Assembly: GCA_002269645.1 (NCBI GenBank)
Contig: NIVC01003794.1
Span: 1-64,000 of the forward strand
DNA from: Macrostomum lignano
Lineage: Eukaryota
Direction: 5' to 3'
Length of the DNA stretch: 64,000 nt
Positions 1-13,634 of the stretch are shown in pieces. A program made the translations under genes and the position numbers. The notes under the pieces are model-generated. The model saw only the letters and a list, made by a program, of their open reading frames with translations. It ran no database searches and was not told the DNA's origin. Each line of letters starts with the position of its first letter. Position 1 is the first letter of the stretch.

Positions 1-1432
1 GACAGGGAGAAGGACAGGAGAGAAGGACAGGGAGGGACAGGGAGAAGGACAGGGAAGGCAGGAGGAGACAGGGAGAAGGACAGGAAAGAAGGACAGGAGA
101 AGGACAGGGAGAAGGGCAGGGAGGACAGGGAGAAGGACAGGGAGAAGGACAGGGAGAAGGACAGGGAGAAGGACAGAGAAGGGCAGGGAGGAGACAGGGA
201 GAAGGACAGGGAGAAGGGCAGGAGAAGGACAGGGAGGGACAGGGAGAGGACAGGGAGAAGGGCAGGGAGGAGGACAGGGAGAAGGACAGGAAGAAGGACA
301 GAGAGAAGACAGGGAGAAGGGTAGGAGAAGGGTAGGGAGGAGGACAAGGAGACAGGGAGAAGGACAGGGAGAAGGACATGGAGAAGGACAGGGAGAGGAC
401 AGGGAGGACAGGGAGAAGGACAGGGAGGAGGACAGGGAGGAGGACAGGGAGAAGGGCAGGGAGAAGGGCAGGAGAAGGACAGGGAGGAGGACAGGGAGGA
501 GACAGGGGGGACAGGGAGAAGGGCAGGGAGAGGACAGGGAGAAGGGCAGGAGGAGGACAGGAGAAGGGGAGGAGGGAGGAGGACAGGGAGGAGGACAGGG
601 AGGAGGACAGGAGAGGAGGAGAGAGGAGAGGACACGGGAGAAGGACAGGAGAAGGACAGGGAAAGGGCAGGGAGAAGACAGAGGGGGGACAGGGAGGAGA
701 CAGGGAGGAGGACAGGGAGAAGGACAGGGAGAAGACAGGGAGAGGACAGGGAGAAGGGCAGGGAGAAGGACAGGGAGGAGGACAGGGAGGGGACAGAGGA
801 GACAGGGAGGGACAGGGAGAAGGACAGGGAGGAGGACAGGGAGAAGGACAGGGAGGAGGACAGGAGGAGGACAGGGAGGAGGACAGGGAGAAGACAGGAG
901 GAGGACAGGGAGAAGGACAGGGAGGAGGACAGGGAGGAGGACAGGGAGGACAGGGAGGGGACAGGGAGGAGGAAGGGAGGAGGACAGGGGAGGACAGGGA
1001 GGAGGACAGGGAGAGGACAGGGAGAAGGACAGGGAGAAGACAGGGAGAAGGACAGGGAGGAGGACAGGAGAGACAGGGAGAAGGCAGGGAGAAGGACAGG
1101 GAGAAGGACAGGGAGAAGGGCAGGAGAAGGACAGGGAGGAGGACAGGGAGAAGGCAGGGAGAAGGACAGGGAGAAGGACAGGGAGGGGACAGGAGGAGGA
1201 CAGGGAGGACAGGGAGAAGGACAGGAGGAGCAGGAGAAGGACAGGGAGGAGGACAGGAGGAGGAAGGGAGGACAGGGAGAAGGACAGGGAGGAGGACAGG
1301 GAGGAGGACAGGGAGACAGGGAGAAGGACAGGGAGGAGGACAGGGAGGAGGACAGGGAGGAGGACAGGGAGGACAGGGAGAAGGACAGGGAGGAAGACAG
1401 GGAGGAGAACAGGGAGGGGGAAGGGAGGAGAG
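1..1432. repeat. Purine-rich compound repeat (GGACAG/GGAGAA, ~12-13 bp)
   Basis: Direct inspection. Confidence 0.95.
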
Positions 1433-2155
1433 GGTGGTATTGCGAGCAGCAGAAGCAGATAGACAGGGGCGGAAGAAGTGTGATGGCAAGGTTTTCACTT
1501 GAAGCCCCGCATAAAAAGTGATCAGTCGCCCGAGTGTTCAAAGCAGACGCGGAGAAAACGCTGGCAGAAATTATCCCGGCAATGACTTCCTGTCGGGCAA
1601 TTTTTTCAGCTTTAAAATTCGTCCAATCTTGCTGTCAATTCTGCCGCTTCCGCGTCCCCTCAACTCTCCGGTTTGCCGGGCTCGCCTCTCGCTAATCAGA
1701 TTCCAGCCTCATAGGTGAACGTCGGCTGCCTTCAATTAACCTGAATTGAGGCCGCCTGCGCCGGAGGCGCCCAGTAATGGATAATTATATCAATGGGGGA
1801 AGGGGCAGCCTTGGCGGACGGGGGGGGGCTCTGGAGTGCAGCTGCGCCTGCCTTCCTGCGCGTCCAAATAATTAATAATTAATTAGGGCCCGAGCGCATA
1901 GGAAATTCCCGGATGAGCGTCTGCTCCGTAGCACCATCTTATAAGCACGGATATCCGCTTTATCGCAGTCGGTGTTGAACAAGAGTTTTCGCAAATTATT
2001 TCAAATTGAGTAGATTAATTGCACAATGAGCTTGAAACTGATTAGAGTAGAACTGTCAAGCTGTTTCAGCCAACTTGCAGCCTCCTAATCAGTCAATCAG
2101 TCAAGTGTCAGAAAGAAAGAAATAATCAAAAAAGGCAACCTAGCGCAACGCAACA

Positions 2156-2665
2156 AATCAGCCTGTCAATCAAACTGCCAACAAACCAGTCAGCCTGTCA
2201 ATCAAACTGCCAACAAACCAATCAGCCTGTCAATCAAACTGCCAACAAACCAGTCAGCTGTCAATCAACTGCCAAAACCAGTCAGCCTGTCAATCAAACT
2301 GCCAAAAAACCAGTCAGCCTGTCAATCAAACTGCCAAAAACCAGTCAGCCTGTCAATCAAAACTGCCAATGAACTAATCAGCCTGTCAATCAAACTGCCA
2401 TCTAATAAATCAGCCTGTCAATCAAACTGCCAACAAACCAATCAGCCTGTCAATCAAACTGCCAATGAACTAAATCAGTCTGTCAATCAAACTGCCAACA
2501 AACCAATCAGTCTGTCAATCAAACTGCCAATGAACCAATCAGTCTGTCAATCAAACTGCCAACAAACCAGTCAGCCTGTCAATCAACTGCCATCTAATAA
2601 ATCAACCTGTCAATCAAACTGCCATCTAATAAATCAACCTGTCAATCAAACTGTCAATAAATCAA
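2156..2665. repeat. ~32-bp minisatellite (AATCAGCCTGTCAATCAAACTGCCAACAAACC)
   Basis: About 16 tandem units. Confidence 0.92.
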
Positions 2666-3014
2666 TGTGCCTGTCACTCAGCAGCTCTTGTTCAGTAAGA
2701 CTGCTCACAGCTCCTTTACCTACAAAAGACTCATAATTGGATTCCGCCTGGCTCACAAGGGCCAGTTTGTGGCGGGTCAGGTTGACAGACACTGCTATGA
2801 ATTCCCCAGGGTACCTCAGGCGCCTCAGTGGGGATTTTAGTCGGCAGACTTTTGAAATTCGCCAAAAGCTTTGAAACCAGACTGATTTGATGACGGAAGC
2901 CGCTTGAGAGCGTTTAGGATAGAAAATTTCCGTAAAAGTCTAATTATTCGACAGGAAATGGTTTACTGGGAAGACGGGGCAGAAACAGAAGGAAAGAAAG
3001 GAGATGTTGAGGAA

Positions 3015-3960
3015 AAAGGAGAAGGAAAAGGAGAGGGAGATGGAGAGGGGGATGGAGAGGGAGAGGGAGAGGGAGAGGGAGCTGGAGAGGGAGATGGAGA
3101 GGGAGATGGAGAGGAGAGGGAGAGGGAGAGGAGAGGGAGAGGGAGATGGAGAGGGAGATGGAGAGGAGATGGAGAGGGAGATGGAGAGGGAGATGGAGAG
3201 GGAGAGGGAAGGGAGAGGGAGATGGAGAGGGAGAGGGAGGGAGATGGAGAGGGAGAGGGAGAGGGAGAGGGAGATGGAGAGGGAGATGAGAGGGAGATGG
3301 AGAGGGAGATGGAGAGGGAGAGGGAGAGGGAGATGGAGAGGGAGATGGAGAGGGAGATGGAGAGGGAGAGGGAGATGGAGATGGAGAGGGAGATGGAGAT
3401 GGAGAGGGAGAGGGAGAGGGAGATGGAGAGGGAAATGGAGAGGGAGATGGAGAGGGAGATGGAGAGGGAGATGGAGAGAGATGGAGAGGAGATGGAGAGG
3501 AGATGGAGAGGGAGATGGAGAGGGAGATGGAGAGGGAGATGGAGAGGGAGATGGAGAGGGAGATGGAGAGGGAGATGGAGAGGGAGATGGAGAGGGAGAT
3601 GGAGAGGAGAGAGAGGAGATGGAGAGGGAGAGGGAGAAAAGGAGAGAGGAGAGGAGAGGGTGAAGTAGAGGGTGGTGGTGAGGAGAAGGAGGATGATAGT
3701 GGGGAGAGGGAGAAAAGGAGAGAGAAGGAGGGGGAGAGGGAGAAGGAGAGGGAGAGGGAGAGGGAGAGAAGATGTAGAGTGAGACGAAGAATGAGTAGAG
3801 AGGGAGAGGGAGAGGGTGATGCCAAGAGAGGGAGATGGAGAGGGGTAGAGAGAGGGAGAAGATGAGATGAAGAAGCAGATAGAGAAGCCGGGGAGAAGGG
3901 AGAATAGAAATGAGAGATAATGAGAGAAGTAGTGGAACATTAGTAGGGCGCAGGAGGGAG
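3015..3960. repeat. 12-bp GAGAGGGAGATG array decaying into GA-rich low complexity
   Basis: Direct inspection. Confidence 0.92.
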
Positions 3961-4709
3961 GCAGGGTTCTCCCAAATGTCAGACTGTCAGTGAAGCCACA
4001 GTTAATACTAAGCTGCCCAATTGATAGCAATATATGAAAAGGTGCCGTGTGGGCAGTCGGGGGAGCTGGGCTACACAGAGTGTTTCGCGAGTGTTTATCG
4101 CCCCCAAACTGCAGCTAACCGCAGCCTGACAGGCACGGCAAGGGCAGGCAAACTCGAAGCCCGTTTTCACTATCTTTCCGGCATAGCAACAGCGCAGGCA
4201 GCAGGTGACTGAGGGGGGCCACCCCTCTGTTTCTCTCATTGAAATTGGCATCGCAGCGAGGATTCCAAAACTGGAAAGTCCGACCGGGCCAATCTAGGCC
4301 AAAAGTACACTGAGATCAGGCGAATTCGGCCGGCGAATTCGTGTCCGAGTCCGAGATGGGCAAAGAATTTCTGCTGCGCTCAAAGTGTCGCTAAATGCTG
4401 CTCGGTCTGGGCTCGGGGTCTCGGATTTGCAGACTTTCTTCATTCCACAGGAAAATCGATGCCCAGAGGCAGAAGCGAGGGCGACATGAATTGATTTGTT
4501 GGACTGCCCGGACTGACAAAGCGAAATCTTTTCTTAAGCTGGTCGAAAAAAATACATTTTCGTGCATTAGAATTTGATGGGCCCAGCTGGAAATCTCTTT
4601 TCGAATTATCCCTGGCGAGAAGGCGAAGAAGGAGAAGCGATAATGGGAGAGTTGAAAGTTGGAACTGATGACAAACAGAAACTTAGGAGATGGAATAGGA
4701 TGACATCGC

Positions 4710-5140
4710 ACTCTCGCGTCTCACTCTCCGTCTCACTCTCCGTCTCACTCTCCGTCTCACTTTCCGTCTCACTCTCCGTCTCACTTTCCGTCTCACTCTC
4801 CGTCTCACTCTCCGTCTCACTCTCCGTCTCACTCGTCTCACTTTCCGTCTCACTCCCCGTCTCACTCTCCGTCTCACTCTCCGTCTCACTCTCCGTCTCA
4901 CTCTCCGTCTCACTCTCCGTCTCACTCTCCGTCTCACTCTCCGTCTCACTCTCCGTCTCACTCTCCGTCTCACTCTCCGTCTCACTCCCCGTCTCACTCC
5001 CGTCTCACTCTCCGTCTCACTCTCCGTCTCACTCTCCGTCTCACTCTCCGTCTCACTCTCCGTCTCACTCTCCGTCTCACTCTCCGTCTCACTCCCCGTC
5101 TCACTCTCCGTCTCACTCTCCGTCTCACTCTCCGTCTCAC
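4710..5140. repeat. 12-bp TCTCACTCTCCG array
   Basis: Direct inspection. Confidence 0.95.
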
Positions 5141-5234
5141 TTTGCGTCCATTCTCCGCATCACTCTGCAAATCACTACATCTCGATTTCTATTATATCTG
5201 AGATAGAGAGACTGGGAGGCAAAAAGAAAGTTAG

Positions 5235-5670
5235 AGTAGCAGAGTGAGAGGCAGAGTGAGAGGCCGAGTGAGAGGCGGAGTGAGAGGCGGAATGAGTGGC
5301 AGATTGGAGGGAGGTCGCGATGGCAGATTCGAGGGAGATCTGCAGTGGCAGAGTGGAGGGAGATCTGCAGTGGCAGAGAGGAGGGAGATCTGCAGTGCAG
5401 AGTGGAGGGAGATCTGCAGTGGCAGAGTAGAGGGAGATCTGCGGTGGCAGAGTGGAGGGAGATCTGCAGTGGCAGAGTGAGGGAGATCTGCAGTGCAGAG
5501 TGGAGGGAGATCTGCAGTGGCAGAGTGGAGGGAGATCTGCAGTGGCAGAGTGGAGGGAGATCTGCAGTGCAGAGTGGAGGGAGATCTGCAGTGCAGAGTG
5601 GAGGGAGATCTGCAGTGCAGAGTGGAGGGAGATCTGCAGTGGCAGAGTGGAGGGAGATCTGCAGTGGCAG
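5235..5670. repeat. 24-25-bp GAGGGAGATCTGCAGTGGCAGAGTG array
   Basis: Direct inspection. Confidence 0.92.
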
Positions 5671-8600
5671 TGGGATCAGGCCGCAAAAGAGGATGGTGGG
5701 GCAGCCGGCCCCGCCAGGAACACACGACCAGTCGCTGGGGCAGTGGGCGGCCTCTCAGAGGATCAGAGCAGGAAAAGCTCCTCGGCTTGGCTGGGGACAG
5801 CAGATCCCCTCAGCGTCCGGCTGGCCATTTTCCTCTTTTGATCGAGTCCCATGCGATACGCCCGAACTTAAACAGAAAGAGGAGGCTGGGAGCGGCTCAG
5901 CCACTTCATCTTTGGGTGGTCCCCACTGACCTTGCTGTGTCTCTTTCCACTTCTGTTTCGGGGCTGGGGATCGCGCTTCCCTTTTATCTTCTCCTTTTAT
6001 CGTGCGAGGAGAAGGCGGGGGCTGCGGCGAAGGTGGCCGGCTGACTGGAGACGCAGCCAGCTGAGGAGGCCCGAAGGAGGCGCGGAGTCAGTCATGGGGG
6101 TGCAGCAGAGCGCCATAAATGATGCATGCTCCATCCATCAGCATGGAAGTGAAGGGCATAATGCAACTGGGCGATGCAGTGGCCACCGCGTGCAGCTATT
6201 AGAATTTCGGAGGAGGATCAGCGTCTCTGGCCTGTCGCTAAGAGTGAAAATCGAGAGCTAGTAAGACAGAAGTTGAGCAATTCATTTGGGCTCAGCCGTG
6301 AGCTCACGGCAAAACTTTCTGCTCGAGGCCGGCAGGACCAGTTAAGAAACCTGAGTCCCAATTAGTGCAAGGTTTATTAAAACAAAAATATAATGACAGG
6401 GAAGATTGCTTTGGCTGCTGCTGCAGGTCGAAGGAAATATTATATTTTATTGCATTATTGGTCTGAAAGGCTGCTGAATAATTCACTGACTTGTTCGCCC
6501 TGCTGCACGGGCTAATCTTCATCCCAAGGATCGGGAGGCTGGAGGAAAAGTCTAACTGGTCCCAGCTTCTCTGACGCCTCATCTAGCGGCTTTCTCTCCC
6601 TTTCTCCAACCGCCTGGCCGCTCCGTGAGAAGGGCGGCATCTGCGCGGGGATGTGGAAAGCGAAAGCAAAATAAGAAAAGGGAAAAAAGGGCAAAATTTG
6701 CTTTCGTGGCTGTTTGCTCTTCTCATTTTATCCCCCCCCCCTACTCCGGAGGCCGCCCTCCCAGTCTCCGGCGGGTCCGGGACCCTCAGATCGTGCCTTG
6801 CGGCTTGCGCTGCACCGCCGCAGCCCCGTATCGCCCGCCTTCTTAGCAACCAAATAGGCACCGAACTCGACAAAACGGCAAAACATTGGCTTATTTTCTC
6901 TAATATCCGAGGCCTGCTGGCAGAATTCGCGGGAAAGTGGAGATGAAGCTGTTGCCAGTTGCTTAATTAACTCCAGTTCCCAGCGCGCGGCCTGAAGCTT
7001 AGCAGGGCCGGGCTCGGCAGGGGGGGGGGCGGCCCGGGCCACCCCAAGCCTGGAGATGGACGACTTTTTTCTAAGAAACCAACCGAGAAGGGGAGACGGG
7101 CTGGAGAGGCTGGGGGGGGGACTCCGCTTGAGGCGTTCCCAGCTGGCGAGGTGCGCCGGGCCTCCAGCTGTTCAGCGGCATCAGAGTGGCCACGCGCACT
7201 TTGATTTGACCATTCTAGCCAGCATCGGCTAGCCAGGCGCTTCTTTCTTTCCCTACTCGCCATGCACTCGGCCCCAAGCTGCTCGGGGCCGGCCTGTTTC
7301 CAAGTGCGAATACCAGCCAGCCCAGGCTTCTCAATTTACAGCTGGTTGAGTCAACAGTCTCGAGGTTGAAGAAAATTCCTGTGTAGAAATCCCACCGCTG
7401 GGCACCGCTCGGCCGCCCGACCCGGTGAGCTCAGCGGCTCGGGTCAAGCTAAGCGGATTAGCACAATCCCACCTCATTGGTTACGCTGCGATCACCGGAG
7501 ATTTCCCAGCACTTCCAAGTCTTTCCCACAGCTTTGGGAGAAAAGTATCCGGGCAGCTCACGTGTCCTGAGCCAGCCAGATTGACAGGACTGAGGCCAGC
7601 GCTACTGGAGAAGGCTTAACCCGGGTAAGGTGCTTCCGCCAGAAATAATTAATAACGGATTGAATTGGGTGAGTCGATGGTAATGTAAAACATAAAATAA
7701 ATATTCGCTGGAGGTCTGCGGTTGGCGACATCGTCCGCTGAGGTAATTCACAGGGTGTACGGCGGCTCTGGGTTTCCAAATTGTTGTCAATCATGCGATA
7801 GTCAAATTTGCTCCGCACATCCGGACTTCGCCAGACATCAGACGTCAAGGCCATCCTTCAGCCACCTCATCATCTGTACGGTCTCCCTCCCGAATAATAA
7901 CCTGTAGCGGCGTCTGCGCAGTCGCATGTCGCCGCCATTTACCCGATGATCCCCGCAGCCCATTTTCGCCCACCCGCCTCCATCCCCTCAGCCGCTCCTG
8001 TCGCTTCTCATACGCCCAGATGTCACGCTGAGAAAATAACGGGCTGGCGCGGGGACAACTGTCAGCAGTCAGTCTCTCCGCGCGGCCCGCCTTTCTCCGG
8101 ATTTAACGAGGGGCGAATCCGGGACGGGAGCGAAGGAGACGCGGGCGGGGACGCCGCTGCAGGTAAGGGGATTTGGATTGGGAAAAAAGAATATTGCATC
8201 TAGTAGAGATCCCCAGCAAGATGTAGGGATCTCCCCTCAAGTCCTCCATTCACTTTTCCAGTCCCGCCGCTATCCCTGTGCCAAACACCGCCTCCGCGCT
8301 TCAATGATGAAGAAAGCCGCGGAGTTCGGAGAGGCCCGGGAGCCCGGCAGAGTGGCGTGGTGAAATGGGCGCAGGCGGCCCCGAATCCGGGCGCACAGGA
8401 ACACAAATACACTGGTACGAGCCCCGGCCCACTGCCCATTAAAAAACTGGATTGCAACCGGAGACGCTGCGCTGCCGGAAGCCGACACCCGCTGCTGCAG
8501 ACAGCCTCATCGGGCCGGGGCAGGGGACAGCCTGTCTGTGGGCAAACCCGCTGTCGATGCAAGAAAAATATTTTAGATGCCCTGGCGGGGCAAAGGTCAA

Positions 8601-9071
8601 ATTAGTTTTGCGTAAAGATTGTTAGCGCAGATTAATTGCGCAGCTGGCATTTGGCGTAACAAGATAAAAAATGGGGGACGCGAAGTTCCTTTTTAAGGCT
8701 TGGTCTGTTCCCCATCCCTAAAAATATTGTTTCAGATCACTAATCAATTGTCGGAGTAAAGTCTGGGGGGGGGGTAGCTGGCTAGTTGGAAAGGTTGCTG
8801 TGAGCGCAGTCGAGGATTAAGACGACAAGGTTGCCTGAGAGAAGACAAGCAGTCGTCACGCCCACTCTCATGCCTGACCTGTGAGCTCTTACGCTCTCAC
8901 GGTAGCGTACAGGTACATAAGGCCAACAGTCACTTAGTGTGTACCGCCTCAGACTGTACACAGTCACAGAGGGCAGCGGAAATCTTTGCTCACTCTCTCG
9001 CTTTACTGTAATTTACTGTAAACTTCTCACAAGACCACTTAGCAAACTCTCTATGAGCGAGCAGTTCTCAC

Positions 9072-9909
9072 GATTTTCGCATCTGCCGCCATCGAACTCC
9101 TCCTGGCAGCGGCAGCGCCGATCGTCGGGGTCGTCGTCAGCGAGACAGACGCCGCCATTCCGGCAGGGGTCGCCGCTGCAGGCAGCTGGGTGTTGAAGGA
9201 AGCCGGCACCGGCGCTCGACAGCGGCTGCGGCGCCCGAGCGACGCGATTCGACATCGAAGTCGAAGCCGCGGCGGTCTCAGCGTCGGGGCAGTCGGCGTA
9301 CACGATGTTCCTCAGCTGGCCCTGCAGCGCCTTCTCGAAGGCTGCCATGAAGACGGTCCGCTGGGTGGCGTCCACCCGGAGCTGCGGCGGCAGGCCTCCG
9401 AAGTGCACGGGGCTGGCGGCCGCCCAGACGCGGGGAGGCCGCCGCGAACCGGCAGTCCGCAGCGTCTCCGTGCGGTTGCCGAAGTCGACTCGGACGAAGC
9501 CGTCGCCGACACGAATGCCGACCCGGGCGAACTTGCCGGCGCCGCCCGCGGCCTTGGCGAAGCTGCCCAGGCTGACAATATCTGGCCGATGCAGCGGGAG
9601 GCCGCCGGAGGCTTCGGCGGGGCTCAGGCGCAGGCTGACCTTGAGCCTGCCCTTGGCCAGTCTCGCGTGCAGGAACATGGCGGCCTTGCGGCTGAGGTTG
9701 GCGCCCGGCTCGCGCAGCTCGGCGTACAGCAGCAGTGCGGAGTGGCTGGCGGTGCGGAACTCGAACTCCAGGCTGGCGCTGGGGCAGGGCTGCCAGGCCG
9801 GCAGGGCCAGGTAGGAGCCGTTGCCGCTGAGAGCGGCGGAGAAGCCGGTCCGGTCCGCGGCGGTCGAGGCGACGGAGGCGGCAGCGGCGGCGAGAAACCA
9901 CAGCAGCAT
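9072..9909 (-). CDS. nrxn: Alpha-neurexin-like protein, first coding exon (signal peptide + laminin G/LNS1 + EGF1); gene continues beyond left edge
   Basis: ATG at 9909 in gccATG context after acceptor ctcccttacag (exon begins 9983). MLLWFLAAAAAS signal peptide. LNS motifs PAWQPCPSASLEFEFRT, FGGLP and LRNIVYAD resemble neurexin LNS1. EGF CSGDPCRNGGVC...CRC...GGRC. Phase-1 donor c|gtgaga at 9071. Confidence 0.85.
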
Positions 9910-10983
9910 GGCGGGTTGGCAGCTGCTCTGCTGTGCCGCTGGTCGTCTGGGAGTTGAAATCCCGTTGTAGGTTTCGGAATTTTCTGTAAGGGAGAACTTC
10001 TCAGCGGCGGCTGCACCTGCGCAGGTCGGGATTCTCCGCCGCTTGATTTTTAGTTGCAGCCAGAAGAAGCCCAAGCCAGTCGGACATTGGCTGGAGCCGC
10101 GAGAACCAATGACCATGCGGTTTCCAGTTGGGGGAAAAGTCAGTTGATTGCGCCGAGATCTATCAGTATTCACGGTGACAGCTATGCTCGGACTGCTGGA
10201 TCAGCAGATCAAAAAATATATATGAGAAGCCGATGCAGAGGATGGACTAGAACCAGATGAAAACTATCAGAGAAGCAGGTTAAAAGTACTTTAGAAGTGG
10301 ACTCGTTGAGAAGCAGATGAGAAATAGATAGGGAAAAGGTTTGAAACACTAAGCAGAGTGTAGGAGAGCAAGTGGCTGGACTTTGCAACTCGCGAGATCT
10401 TCGCCAGAGTTAGAAAGGCTGTCTCTGCCTGTCTGCGTCGCCTCCTCCTCCTGTCTCAACCGGCGGCACGACTGCACGCTTAGCCGGCGAGTCAGGCTGG
10501 CTGCTGGGGCTGAGACTGAGACTGGGGGGGGGGGGCGCCTTTCTTCCTCGCGTGTTGATTGCATTTGCCAACGAGCTTGTTTGTGTGAGGATTCCGCTGT
10601 GCTGCCTTGTGGCGTGGGTGGGGGCTGGCGGGATGCGCGGCTCCCAGCTTCGCCTGACTGATTGGTGAAATTACACGCTTGCCGGAGCAAGTGTGCCAAA
10701 ATCGGGAGCTCCACTTTTGCTTAGAGTTGAGCTCCTCAGCCACCCGAACCAAGAGAAGAGAAGTGGGATGAAAAGGAAGGAGGAGCGGAGAGTGGGAGCG
10801 AGCGAGACAAATGGCCGTATAAGTACTGCTCGTTAGGCAGTGCGAATCGTTGACTCGGCTGCTTGCTCAGGAAACTTCCAACGAGCCGTCCTGTTTTGGT
10901 TTCGGTGACTGCCAGATTTGAATTGCGAGACTCGATGGCACCGAGGACCGAGAGCCTGGGTTGTTAGTGGTGACAGCCTGCTC

Positions 10984-11400
10984 TTATCTAATCTTATCTA
11001 AGCGTACCGAGAACCGAAGGCCTGAGTTGCTGGTGGTAGCGAATGGTCTGGTCCTGATCAAGAAGCAAGGACGCTGAAAACCGTTACTACTAAGGGCCCC
11101 CGTTGGACCGATTTTTAAAGGTGAGGTGGGTGTCAACCCACCTCGGCTCTCATTGGCTGACGATGCTCGGCACCGATCACCACAGTTGCTCGATGCCAAG
11201 GGGCCCTTAGTAGTACCATTGTCCTCAGTTGCAGCCTAAAAATCCAGCCATCCCTATCTGCTCTCAACTTCCCTGCTCAAAGCTGCTCCGGCCGCACGCT
11301 GAGCCCATTGGCACCCCAGACTTCCGCATAGTAGAGGATGCATATGTAGACAGGCAACTGAAGAGAATTGGCATTAGGTTTTGAGTTGTGAGACTTGAGA
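10984..11400 (-). mobile_element. Possible decayed non-LTR retrotransposon 3' end
   Basis: VYICILYYAEVWG resembles the LLYGAExW motif after LINE RT; (TTAGATAAG)-like tail at 10984-11002; stops present. Confidence 0.3.
11085..11215. mobile_element. 131-bp TA-flanked MITE
   Basis: Perfect 16-bp inverted repeat TACTACTAAGGGCCCC / GGGGCCCTTAGTAGTA, read as TA TSD + 14-bp TIR. Confidence 0.6.
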
Positions 11401-11691
11401 GTAGGGTACCCCAGTGCCAGCAACAGGCGATGCATCCATAAATACTGCAATTTCTAATTCCGGCTCCGCCAGTGTTTCAGCCGCATCGCACGCCCCGGTG
11501 CGTAACTTCAAGCGGACGGAGTGGGTGGAATGAATGAGGCTCAGAGTGAATGCGGATTGCCTCACGTCTGATTGAGCCACGCTCTCAGCCTATCTGGCTG
11601 ACTGATTGCCTGCGGAATCAAAACTTCATTGAAATTGTCTGCCGCATTTGGCGTAGGAAATTCATTGCGTTATTTTAGGCAAAATTCTGAG

Positions 11692-12900
11692 GGAAGAGGA
11701 GAGAGAGAGGAGAGAGGAGAAAGGAGAGATGAGAGGGGAGAGAGGAGAGAGAAGAGAGGAGAGAGGAGAGAGGAGAGAGGAGAAAGAAGAGATGAGAGGG
11801 GAGAGAGGAGAGAGGAGAGAGGAGAGAGGAGAAAGGAGAGATGAGAGATGAGAGAGGAGAGGGGAGAGAGGAGAGGGGAGAGAGGAGAGAGGAGAGAGGA
11901 GAGAGGAGAGAGGAGAGAGAAGAGAGGAGAGAGGAGAGAGGAGAGAGGAGAAAGGAGAGATGAGAGGGGAGAGAGGAGAGAGGAGAGAGGAGAGAGGAGA
12001 GAGGAGAGAGGAGAGAGGAGAGAGGAGAGAGGAGAGAGGAGAGAGGAGAGAGGAGAGAGGAGAGAGGAGAAAGGAGAGATGAGAGGGAGAGAGGAGAGGG
12101 GAGAGAGGAGAGAGGAGAGAGGAGAGAGGAGAGAGGAGAGAGGAGAGAGGAGAGAGGAGAGAGGAGAAAGGAGAGAGGAGAGAGGAGAGATGAGAGAGGA
12201 GAGAGGAGAGATGAGAGGGGAGAGAGGAGAGAGGAGAGAGGAGAGAGGAGAGAGGAGAGAGGAGAGAGGAGAGAGGAGAGAGGAGAGAGGAGAGAGGAGA
12301 AAGAAGAGATGAGAGGGGAGAGAGGAGAAAGGAGAGATGGGAGAGGAGAGAGGAGAGAGGAGAGAGGAGAGAGGAGAAAGGAGAGATGGGAGAGGAGAGA
12401 GGAGAGAGGAGAAAGGAGAGAGGAGAGAGGAGAGATGGGAGAGGAGAGAGGAGAGAGGAGAAAGGAGAGATGGGAGAGGAGAGAGGAGAGAGGAGAGAGG
12501 AGAGAGGAGAGAGGAGAGAGGAGAGAGGAGAGAGGAGAAAGGAGAGATGGGAGAAGAGACAGGAGAGATGGGAGAGGAGAGAGGAGAAAGGAGAGAGGGG
12601 AGAGGAGAGATGAGAGAGGAGAGAGGAGAGAGGAGAAAGGAGAGATGGGAGAGGAGAGAGGAGAGAGGAGAGAGGAGAGAGGAGAGAGGAGAGAGGAGAG
12701 AGGAGAAAGGAGAGATGGGAGAGGAGAGAGGAGAGAGGAGAGAGGAGAGAGGAGAGAGTAGAGAGGAGAGAGAAGAGACAGGAGAGATGGGAGAGGAGAG
12801 GAGATATTATAAAGAAGAGATAAGAAAGGAGAGATGAGAAAAGAGAGGAGAGAAGACAGCAGAGAGGAGATGAAGTGAGAGAGGGAGAGGAGATCAGATA
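11692..12900. repeat. 7-bp GAGAGGA array
   Basis: Direct inspection. Confidence 0.95.
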
Positions 12901-13462
12901 AAGTGGGAGAGGGGAGACAGAAGAGTTCAGAAAGTTCAGCCAGAAGAAGCAGAGGAAGGACAGGAGAACAGACAGAACCGGGAAAGTTTCTGTCGACTCG
13001 GGTTCCGGTTCTCAAAAAATCGTATTTTCGTGTCAAGCGCCGATATGTAGCGCATTCGCTAGCACCCAGTTCCTTAGGCTAAGCGGAATCGCCACTGAAG
13101 TTCAAAAAACGATGCGCGGAGAAGAAAGCAACGCAGTTTACCTCTGAACAGATGATAGAATTTCGGGCCAGGAGGCGGCAGGTTAAACAGGTGAAGAACA
13201 AGCGGAGCTGAAACAGGGCGATTCAGTCTGGGACTTTCATTCATCATCTGGCAGCGAAAGAGGCAGCGGAGGCGGCTGCTGCTGTCGGCAAAACAAAAAA
13301 ATGCCGCTGGGAATGAGGGATTCATGAAGGCTGCGGCACCCTGTTCCCATTTTACTGAACCTTCCCGCCTCCTATGGGGGATGCACAGAAATGCAGACGT
13401 GAAAAGGCGGCAAACAATTTGAAACTTTTACCTGCTGCAATTCATCGGGATAGTGTTGGGGG

Positions 13463-13634
<172 letters not shown>

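Noticed and set aside
4321-4341. Small hairpin CGAATTCG-GCCGG-CGAATTCG
   Set aside because: Too short and isolated to assign a function.
4391-4611. Phase-compatible candidate second neurexin exon (acceptor ttctcgccag)
   Set aside because: The translation has no LNS2 similarity and ends in a stop.
378-5929. Long ORFs in the GA/GGACAG, 12-bp and 25-bp arrays, and similar ORFs at 11.7-13, 15.5-16.5, 21.7-25.9, 33.4-34.7 and 47-54 kb
   Set aside because: Stop-free frames are a by-product of simple repeats; low-complexity peptides open in several frames, with no splice context.
9190-9957. Antisense and alternate-frame ORFs over neurexin, GPCR, FKBP6 and receptor exons
   Set aside because: Shadow ORFs from GC3-rich coding sequence.
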